A DNA stretch of 39,388 nucleotides from positions 1 to 39,388 of the forward strand of contig JBHIAI010000007.1 of the NCBI GenBank assembly GCA_046861655.1, written 5' to 3'. A program made the position numbers and the translations under genes. This document shows positions 32,517 through 39,388 of this stretch, piece after piece (position 1 is the first letter of the stretch; every line of letters begins with the position of its first letter). The DNA comes from Fidelibacterota bacterium. GTDB taxonomy: Bacteria; Fidelibacterota; Marinisomatia; Marinisomatales; S15-B10. Under the pieces are notes generated by a model. That model saw only the letters and a list, made by a program, of their open reading frames with translations, was not told the DNA's origin and did not search any database.

Positions 32517-33407
32517 GGTGTCAACAGCCTTTCTCAGGGCCCGGGTGTGGTCCGGTCCCGAACCGCAGCAACTTCCCACCACCCGGATGCCCATGGGAAT
32601 GGCGGTTGTCAAAGCCGAGAGAAATTCGTCGAGGGGATACACCTCTTCGATCTCCCCCTGGGCCGACGGCATCGTTCTGCCCAGGTTGGGATAGATCCCC
32701 GCCGGGAGGTCTGTCGCCGATAGAACCGTTTCCAGAGCTTTCAGAGTGGTCAGGAGGTTGGAGCAGTTCAGAAGGATCGCGCCGGCTCCCAGGTCTTCGG
32801 CCAACCTCACGGTTTGGTCCAGAGGGTCGCCTCCAAGGAGGTGACCTTCATCCTTTACGAGAAAGCTCACCCATCTGGGAACCCGATAGTCTCCAGCGGC
32901 CTCCAGGGCAATCCGGGTTTCATCGGCCCGGATCATGGTCTCCACAAGCACCATATCCACACCGGCCTCCTCCAGCCAGCGTTCCTGCTGGACAAACTCC
33001 TCCCGTGCCGCAGGGGTCCCGGGAAACAACTCGGGGCAGTAGCAGTCCTCCAGGGGAGCCAGGGAACCCGCAACTAATGTCTCGTCGTCCGATGCCTGTC
33101 TGGCCAGTTGAACGGCCCTAAAAGTCGCTCGCCTGGCTTTGATCAACGCCTCCTGCCGGTTCCGTTCGATCTTCCCGTAGGTCCGGACCGTGGTCCGGAA
33201 GGTGTTGGCGGTGATTATGTCTGCCCCGGCATCCACGTAGTCATGGTGGATGGCCAGGACCTGTTCCGGAGCCGATTCCAGGGCCCGGGCGGACCAGAGA
33301 GGCAGAGAAACGTCCACCCCCCTTCGAAGAAGTTCCGTTCCCATGGCCCCATCCAGAACCAGGGGGGGACCAGAGCGTAGCCTTTCCTCAACCGAGGCCA
33401 TTACCAT
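32508..33407 (-). CDS. Homocysteine S-methyltransferase family (stand-alone Hcy-binding domain)
   Basis: LDGAMGTEL, AGADIITANTF, AGSLAP, LVET; Zn ligands LNC and GSCCG. Confidence 0.9.
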   Translation of the reverse strand: MVMASVEERLRSGPPLVLDGAMGTELLRRGVDVSLPLWSARALESAPEQVLAIHHDYVDAGADIITANTFRTTVRTYGKIERNRQEALIKARRATFRAVQLARQASDDETLVAGSLAPLEDCYCPELFPGTPAAREEFVQQERWLEEAGVDMVLVETMIRADETRIALEAAGDYRVPRWVSFLVKDEGHLLGGDPLDQTVRLAEDLGAGAILLNCSNLLTTLKALETVLSATDLPAGIYPNLGRTMPSAQGEIEEVYPLDEFLSALTTAIPMGIRVVGSCCGSGPDHTRALRKAVDTLI

Positions 33408-33426
33408 TGATTGTTTCAGAAATACT

Positions 33427-33561
33427 TAACCACAGGGAGCACTGTGATAACGAGTAGGCAGTTGGAAGACGGCAGTAAGCAGTCCCCATGGATGGATTTC
33501 GCTGCCCTCACACGACTCGTAATCGTTGACTGCCAACTGCAAACTGTCTACTGCCAACTGG
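33427..33561 (+). repeat. Composite heptamer-repeat element, copy B (inverted relative to copy A)
   Basis: ACCACAGGGAGCAC leader, GAGTAGGCAG array 33452-33484, 43-nt spacer, and a CTGCCAA array 33528-33561 that matches copy A at 30/32 nt. Confidence 0.8.
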
Positions 33562-34102
33562 CTTCCCAGTCTGAACGCAACAACCCAAAACTAAAATGGT
33601 CCACTCGCTTGCCCCCGATATCGAGGTATCCCCGCTTGATTCCCTCCAGTCCAAATCCATTTTTTTCGAGGACCCGCACCGATGCTGGATTATGGATGGA
33701 ACATTCGGCTTCAATCCGTTCAGTGTCGGATTCCCGGAAGATCTTTTCAACCACCGCCCCTACAGCGGCCGTGCCGTAGCCCTGGCCCCAGAAGTCCCGA
33801 GAGATGGTGTAGCCGATGCGCCCGATTCCATGATCGGGATCCAGTTTGTCGAACGATATGACACCCACCCTTTTGCCCGAGGACAAATCCCGGACCACCC
33901 ACTTGTAACGCCTGTGTGTCGGATGCAACAGGTCGGACTGGCTGTACCGCTGCAGCTCCTCACGCAATTCGTCAGAGGATCGCTGGGGCAGGGGCTGATG
34001 CTCCCTGGCTTCAGGCTGGGATGTGAGTTCGTGCCAGAAGATGAGGTCGGATTCGTCTACCGGCGTCAGACCGACCTCTGGTTTATCCTGCCAGGCTCTC
34101 AA
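33548..34102 (-). CDS. GNAT N-acetyltransferase (RimJ/RimL-like)
   Basis: IGYTISRDFWGQGYGT, NPASVRVLEKNGF..EG. Start codon uncertain (TTG). Confidence 0.88.
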   Translation of the reverse strand: MRAWQDKPEVGLTPVDESDLIFWHELTSQPEAREHQPLPQRSSDELREELQRYSQSDLLHPTHRRYKWVVRDLSSGKRVGVISFDKLDPDHGIGRIGYTISRDFWGQGYGTAAVGAVVEKIFRESDTERIEAECSIHNPASVRVLEKNGFGLEGIKRGYLDIGGKRVDHFSFGLLRSDWEASWQ

Positions 34103-34730
34103 TCAGGGACCTGTCGATCTGGTCCAACGAATCCACCGACCGGTGGGCTTCCCGAAGATCCTCAGCGGGAAATGAACCCACCAAAGCGATACAGAACGCG
34201 CCGGATTGTATGGCCGAAGTTACCCCGTTCAGAGAATCTTCTAGGATTACCGTTTCGCCGGGGGAGATCCCGAGACGGGTCATCATGGTAAGGTAGGGTT
34301 CGGGATGGGGTTTGCCGTTGGAAATATCGTCCGCACACAGAATGTCTGAAAAAAACTTCTCCAGAGGGAGAGTTTTTGCGATGGCATCCACCAGCCACCG
34401 GGGGGTGGAGGTAACCAGTGCCGTCCGGTAGTAGCCGCCGATCCGTTCCATGAGTTCCACGAATCCCGGGACGAATGTCAGTTCCCTGGAGAATACTTCC
34501 CGGAGGAGTTGTCTTCCTCGTTTCACCACCTGCAGGCGATCCCAGTCCGGTTGATACTTTCGCTCTACGAAGTCATAGAACCCGGGTTCAGTGGTTCCTT
34601 TCAGTTCCCTCTGGTCTTTTCCGGAAAGGAATATGTCATAGGGTCTCAACAGATCAAGCTCCACCCGTTCGTAAAGGGGTTCGGAATCGATGACCACCCC
34701 GTCCAAATCGAACAACAGCGCCTGGATCAA
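34083..34730 (-). CDS. HAD family phosphatase (beta-PGM/CbbY-like)
   Basis: LFDLDGVVIDSE, LVTS, GKPHPEPY, LEDSLNG. Confidence 0.9.
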   Translation of the reverse strand: MIQALLFDLDGVVIDSEPLYERVELDLLRPYDIFLSGKDQRELKGTTEPGFYDFVERKYQPDWDRLQVVKRGRQLLREVFSRELTFVPGFVELMERIGGYYRTALVTSTPRWLVDAIAKTLPLEKFFSDILCADDISNGKPHPEPYLTMMTRLGISPGETVILEDSLNGVTSAIQSGAFCIALVGSFPAEDLREAHRSVDSLDQIDRSLIESLAG

Positions 34731-35437
34731 GGTGCCTCCCTTCGGGCGGCTTCTGCCACCATTTCCCGGACCATCGCCGGGGCGACGATGCGGTTGGCTC
34801 TGGCTACCAGGAAGCCGGGGACCAACCCGGCGGGATCGGAATAAAGCCTGTACGTCAGTCTCACCTCAGATTCCGAGACTGGCACGATTTCCCAGCTGCC
34901 GGCCACCGCATGGGGGTAAACGGGGTTTCCGTACAGGACATCCATTGAATCCAGAAAGTCGGCGTACTGGGAATCCCTGGGCAGCAGAGACCAGTCGAAG
35001 CGGATCGTTCCGGAATCGGTATTCATCTGTCTAACCATCCGGTAAATATAATGCCGGTTGACGATAAAGGGGAGCCGCAGAAACTGATAGCCATCCATAC
35101 CGGTCGGTGTACGGCTCAAGAGATCGGAGCGGTCCAGGTACGCATCGTGAATGAAGTCCGCGTACCGGTCCACATCTTCGATGGTTTCGGCCAGAGTTTC
35201 GGGAGTGACAGGCGCTTTCTGGGTGACCATTATCGCGGGAACTGTGGAGGGGTCGATAGTTTTGTTGAATATTTCCTGTCCCGTTTTCAGGGAATCGACT
35301 CTAACCCACCCGGAATCCTCGTGCAGGACAGTTCGAATAGTTTCTTCGGCCGCGTAGGGTTGTCCCGTGAGGACAGAACCTGTCCCCAGCAGAACAAACA
35401 GACGAGTTTGCATGGACAACCGGGGCATTATCCCCAA
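34727..35437 (-). CDS. Putative exported START/SRPBCC-fold ligand-binding protein
   Basis: Signal-like N-terminus; GW, LPFIVNRHY, GSWEIVP, YRLYSDPAGLVPGFLV pattern of START domains. Confidence 0.6.
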   Translation of the reverse strand: MGIMPRLSMQTRLFVLLGTGSVLTGQPYAAEETIRTVLHEDSGWVRVDSLKTGQEIFNKTIDPSTVPAIMVTQKAPVTPETLAETIEDVDRYADFIHDAYLDRSDLLSRTPTGMDGYQFLRLPFIVNRHYIYRMVRQMNTDSGTIRFDWSLLPRDSQYADFLDSMDVLYGNPVYPHAVAGSWEIVPVSESEVRLTYRLYSDPAGLVPGFLVARANRIVAPAMVREMVAEAARREAP

Positions 35438-35471
35438 TAACTGGCGTCGACGGACCTGATTTCAGGGAAAA

Positions 35472-37451
35472 CTACTTCAGGTAGCGGTCAAACCAATCCA
35501 CCATGAATTTCAGCCTCGCCTCCCGGCGGTCCGGTCTCCCGTGCCGGGAGAGACCGTGCGGCTCCTCCGGAAACCGGACATATTCCACTTCCCGCTTCAA
35601 TACCTTCAGGGCCATATACATCTGATCGTCCTGCTCCACGTTGCACCGCCAGTCGTGTTCGCTGTGAATGATCAAAAGGGGAGTCTTGCATTTCTTGATG
35701 TAGGTGATGGGCGACCACTTCGCATAGAGGTCCGGGTCTTCCCAGGGGGTAGTCTTGAATTCCCATTCCATATCGAATCCAAGGTCCGACGTACCAAACA
35801 TGGTGGCCAGATTGGCCACGCTCCGCTGTGTCGCCCCCGCCCTGAACCGGTCGGTATGAGTGACAACCCAGTTGGTCATGTATCCCCCGTAACTTCCCCC
35901 GGTGACGCCCATCCGCCTTTTGTCCACATACCCGAGGGAAAGGACATAGTCCACCGCCGCCATCAAATCTTTCATGGCCGGTTCAGCCCATTTCCCGGTG
36001 ATGGCATCGGCGAAGGCTTCTCCGTACCCCTGACTGCCCCGGGGGTTCGTATACAGAACCACATACCCCCGGGCTGCCAGAACCTGCATTTCATGGAAGA
36101 AGAGTCTGCCGTACTGGCACCGGGGACCCCCGTGAATCTCAAGAATCAGGGGGTATTTTCGCCGTGAGGAAAACCGGGGCGGTTTCAACAGCCAGCCCTG
36201 AATGATGGCGGAACCGCTCTTGAACCGGACTTCTTCCGGCAGGTTGAACTCCCGGCTGTTGACGAAGGGACGGTTAAGACGGGTTAACTGGTGAAGCTTG
36301 CCATTCTTCAGCTGAAGAGCGAAAACCTCGTCCGGCCCTTCCGTCTGGCCTCCGTGAATGGCCACGCGCTCCCTTTCCCTGTCCAGGCTGAATGACACCA
36401 CCACCTTCTCGTCCGTTACGGTGTGAATCTCGCCCGTATGGACATTGACCCGGTAAAGCGGGCCTCCCCCATCGGCGGAAGTGTTGAAGTAGATCCATCG
36501 GCCGGAACGATCCCAGATGGGTGGGGTCACCACAAAACTCGGAGTCATATCTCCCAAGGTGAGGGGGTAGGCCGTCCTGTCCAACCGGTCCGTATGACTC
36601 CCGTAATCCTTCCCATCCAGCCCCACGGTTCTCACCGTGTAGTTCACCACACCCCACCCTTCGTACGGTCTATCATGTCCTACAAAGGCCGCTTTCTTGC
36701 CGTCGGGGGACACGGAAACACCCTCTTTGGGTCCCGCCGGTGCAGGAATTCTTCTGGGATTTCCTCCTTTGGCCGGCACCACGTACAGTTCCTCTTCCTC
36801 CAACCGGTACTGCCAGTCCTTGCGACGGTTGGAAACGAATACGATTCTGCTGCCGTCAGGGGTCCAGTCAAAACAGGTGTCGTTCCAGGGGCCCTCTACC
36901 ACCTGGCTGGAAGCCCCCGTCCGGGCGTTGGCCACCCACACATGGGTAAACTCACTGTCGAAAAAGCCCTCCCCATCCAGGCGGTACCACAGGTCCCGAA
37001 TGTGCCGGTACGCGGGAGTTTCAGGTTTGCCTGATTTGTCGAAGTTGACCTCCTTGCCGAAAGGATGAAACAGGAACCCGATCTCTTTTCCGTTTGGGGA
37101 CCATTTCAGGGCCGTAATCTTCCCCCGGGGAAGTTGGGTGAGGGACCGGGCTTCTCCCCCCTCCATGGAGAGAAGCCAAATCTGCGTGGATTTCTCACGT
37201 TTGCTGACAAAAGCCAGGGTTTTCCCATCGGGGGACCAGCGGGGCGAGGTGTCATTCTTGTTCCCTGTAGTGAGATGCCGAACCCGGCCTCCCCCGGCAG
37301 GCACCAGGACCAGAGTGCTGAAGTATTTTTTTTCTTTCTTATCCATCCGCTCCACAACGAACACCACCTGGTCTCCATCGGGGGAAATCTGAGGATCGCT
37401 CACCAGCTTAAACCTGTAAAGATCAGAAATCTCAACGGGTTTCCTCTTCAT
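35472..37451 (-). CDS. S9 family peptidase (acylaminoacyl/dipeptidyl peptidase, S9C-like)
   Basis: SPDG beta-propeller repeats, IHGGP, NPRGSQGYG; catalytic triad GGSYGG, HDWR, EPHG. Confidence 0.95.
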   Translation of the reverse strand: MKRKPVEISDLYRFKLVSDPQISPDGDQVVFVVERMDKKEKKYFSTLVLVPAGGGRVRHLTTGNKNDTSPRWSPDGKTLAFVSKREKSTQIWLLSMEGGEARSLTQLPRGKITALKWSPNGKEIGFLFHPFGKEVNFDKSGKPETPAYRHIRDLWYRLDGEGFFDSEFTHVWVANARTGASSQVVEGPWNDTCFDWTPDGSRIVFVSNRRKDWQYRLEEEELYVVPAKGGNPRRIPAPAGPKEGVSVSPDGKKAAFVGHDRPYEGWGVVNYTVRTVGLDGKDYGSHTDRLDRTAYPLTLGDMTPSFVVTPPIWDRSGRWIYFNTSADGGGPLYRVNVHTGEIHTVTDEKVVVSFSLDRERERVAIHGGQTEGPDEVFALQLKNGKLHQLTRLNRPFVNSREFNLPEEVRFKSGSAIIQGWLLKPPRFSSRRKYPLILEIHGGPRCQYGRLFFHEMQVLAARGYVVLYTNPRGSQGYGEAFADAITGKWAEPAMKDLMAAVDYVLSLGYVDKRRMGVTGGSYGGYMTNWVVTHTDRFRAGATQRSVANLATMFGTSDLGFDMEWEFKTTPWEDPDLYAKWSPITYIKKCKTPLLIIHSEHDWRCNVEQDDQMYMALKVLKREVEYVRFPEEPHGLSRHGRPDRREARLKFMVDWFDRYLK

Positions 37452-37468
37452 CGTTCCTCCTCAATCTT

Positions 37469-38206
37469 TCATCTGTGGGTCCAGTTCAAGGGGAATACCA
37501 GATTCACCTGAAGAACGTTCTTGTCGCGGGCACTCAGAGTAACGGCCGGGTCTTCGGCCTCATCCCTGAAGGCCACCCCAAATCCCCTTCCGATGACGGT
37601 CCCCAGGACGGCCCCCGCCACGACATCGGTCAACCAGTGCCTGTTGTCATGGATACGCTGCACCCCGACAGCAGCGGCCACAAGGTAAAGCGGTACCCCG
37701 GCCTTTGAACCGTACAATTCCTGGAAGGTGGCTGCCACCACAAAACTTCCGGACGTGTGTCCCGAAGGAAAAGCCCGGAATCCTTTCCCATTTGGCCGTT
37801 TCCGGTGGGACAGGGTTTTGATGGCACTGGTGAAGGTCGCCGTCACGGCCATGGAGGTCCACACGTATTTCAGTTTTCTGAACCCTCCTTGCCAGCTGTC
37901 CCCCTGAAGCCATGAAAGGGTTCCTACCGTGGCCAGGGCGGCGGGATAAGCCATCCCTCCGCCATAAAGATCCAGAACATGGGACAGATCCTCTGGCAGT
38001 AATCCCCGCTCCTGGCTGAATGTTCTTACCTGGAGGTCGAACCGATTCAGGATGAGAATGGAAGCCCCCGCTCCGGTGAGTATCCACCGGTTTCGGGGAT
38101 TGGTCACCGTATGTTTGAGTCCCGAAACGAGAAACGAAGGATAGCCCGCAATCTCGCTTCGCAGAACTCCACCTGGGGACTGGGTACCGCCGGAGGATAC
38201 GGTCAC
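37469..38206 (-). CDS. PAP2 family phosphatase (membrane/exported); the true start may lie upstream near 38239
   Basis: K.....RKRP, FPSGHT, QRIHDNRHWLTDVVAG. Confidence 0.85.
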   Translation of the reverse strand: MTVSSGGTQSPGGVLRSEIAGYPSFLVSGLKHTVTNPRNRWILTGAGASILILNRFDLQVRTFSQERGLLPEDLSHVLDLYGGGMAYPAALATVGTLSWLQGDSWQGGFRKLKYVWTSMAVTATFTSAIKTLSHRKRPNGKGFRAFPSGHTSGSFVVAATFQELYGSKAGVPLYLVAAAVGVQRIHDNRHWLTDVVAGAVLGTVIGRGFGVAFRDEAEDPAVTLSARDKNVLQVNLVFPLNWTHR

Positions 38207-38242
38207 AACAACAAGAAGGGCTGTGAATGCGCGTTTGATGAC

Positions 38243-39388
38243 CTACTCGTTCATGGATTTCAGAATACCCAGGCTCACCACTTTGCTTTTTTCCCCAACG
38301 TCCTTAGCCGGTCCCACGCAGGAAGGACAGCCGTTGTCACAGACGCACCCGGAAATGAGGGCCTCGGTCTGGGTCAGGAGGTCCTCGTGACTGTCGAACA
38401 ATTGTTGACTGAATCCAACACCGCCTGGATAGTTGTCATAGATGAAGATCGTGGGCTGAAAGCGGGAAACGGCAGCGGGAGCCACGGGCTTATCCGAGAA
38501 CTTGCCGTTCGCTGTGGAGTACATTCCCCGGTCCCTCCACGGCGGCACGTTTCTCACGTACCATTCGGCAGATTTGTCGCCCACGCTCCGGTGAATGTCC
38601 ATGACCGTACACATGACGGAAAGGGCGCACACCGAGTGCAGAGCGTTTGCCAAACCCAGTACACCATCGATAAGATCGGACCGGGAATGGGGAAGTGACT
38701 CCAGGATTCCTTCCGGCACGGTAAACCAGTAGCTGGTGGTGTGCATCTCAATGTCCGGAAGGTTAATGTCGCCGTACCCCACGTTCTCCATGGTATGAAA
38801 CTTGATTTTCTTAAAACCCACCGCTCGGGTGGTGACCCGAACTTCGCCCAGGGATACGTCGATCTTACCACTCTTCCGGTTTTCCAGTTCATCCAGCACC
38901 TTTACACTGGTGTAGTCGATGGCATCCGTGTAGTAATCGGAATCGGTTTCCCGGACGATGGCCTTTCTGCCTTCCCAGTCGAGTTCGTCCACAACGTATT
39001 CCCTGCCGTCCGTCATGTAGATTGCATCGGGATACAGAGTGGTGATGGCGCTGGTATAATCTACCTCGGCAATGATTTGAGATCCCTTCCCTTTCTTTAC
39101 CACCACGAAATTCCCCTTCTCCACCCGCCTCAACGACACGTTTACCGCTGGATAGACGTCTGCCATCCAGTGCCATTGATTCCCCTCAAGATGGAGAAGA
39201 TTCCCTTCCTGGAGAAACTCCAGGATTTCGTTCACCTGTTCGCCTGGTGCTGTGCTCAATCCCTCCCCCTGTTGGAAGGGCAGTTCAAAGGCCGCACACT
39301 TGATATGGTCCACCAGGATGGTCAGATTGTCGGGATTGATCCGGGCATGCTCCGGGGAGGATCCGAAAAAGTACTGGGGATTGGTCAT
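38243..39388 (-). CDS. DEAD/DEAH-box helicase with DUF1998 (YprA/MrfA/SftH-like), C-terminal part (truncated by the window end)
   Basis: HIKCAAFELP, YPAVNVSLR, YPDAIY, DYYT, IFIYDNYPGGVGFS, CVCDNGCPSC. Confidence 0.9.
   Translation of the reverse strand: MTNPQYFFGSSPEHARINPDNLTILVDHIKCAAFELPFQQGEGLSTAPGEQVNEILEFLQEGNLLHLEGNQWHWMADVYPAVNVSLRRVEKGNFVVVKKGKGSQIIAEVDYTSAITTLYPDAIYMTDGREYVVDELDWEGRKAIVRETDSDYYTDAIDYTSVKVLDELENRKSGKIDVSLGEVRVTTRAVGFKKIKFHTMENVGYGDINLPDIEMHTTSYWFTVPEGILESLPHSRSDLIDGVLGLANALHSVCALSVMCTVMDIHRSVGDKSAEWYVRNVPPWRDRGMYSTANGKFSDKPVAPAAVSRFQPTIFIYDNYPGGVGFSQQLFDSHEDLLTQTEALISGCVCDNGCPSCVGPAKDVGEKSKVVSLGILKSMNE

Noticed and set aside
523..38698. Many long antisense or alternate-frame ORFs (e.g. 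1624-2766, 2838-4043, 5117-6139, 13062-14120, 15752-16774)
   Set aside because: They fully overlap well-supported genes, lack motifs, and are expected shadows of GC-rich codon usage.
38243..39388. DISARM/Druantia-type defence helicase (DUF1998)
   Set aside because: The sequence fits the single-chain YprA/MrfA repair helicase, and no methylase, DrmA/C or other defence genes are visible on this side.

Overview
A moderately GC-rich bacterial chromosomal window from a diderm organism (it encodes an outer-membrane beta-barrel). It is gene-dense and mostly housekeeping, and I see no rRNA, tRNA, CRISPR array, transposase or integrase. (1) 14105 to 1, minus strand: a tightly packed run of metE, cysQ, thyX, radC, then a tricarboxylate module (ACP-CitE fusion, CitF, variant HD protein, fungal-type single-chain homoaconitase, CDF transporter, NADP-signature isocitrate/homoisocitrate-type dehydrogenase, MmgE/PrpD) and a truncated secernin/C69 peptidase. 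metE is preceded by a sigma70 promoter, a SAM-II riboswitch and an intrinsic terminator with a plausible antiterminator. (2) Plus strand: divergent CaCA antiporter, RNase E/G, rplU-rpmA, a 1 kb highly structured intergenic region, mdh, and an ECF sigma/anti-sigma envelope operon. (3) 39388 to 25652, minus strand: DUF1998 helicase (truncated), PAP2, S9 peptidase, START-like, HAD, GNAT, homocysteine methyltransferase, MarR, MutY, YprB/MrfB-like exonuclease, PlsC, SDR, DJ-1, HAD, membrane protein and thioredoxin-like genes. The best candidates for novelty are the citrate-lyase/homoaconitase/PrpD/dehydrogenase pathway, the transcriptionally wired SAM-II riboswitch, and several gene-less structured repeat elements. 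All family calls come from motif recognition by eye; no database search was run.
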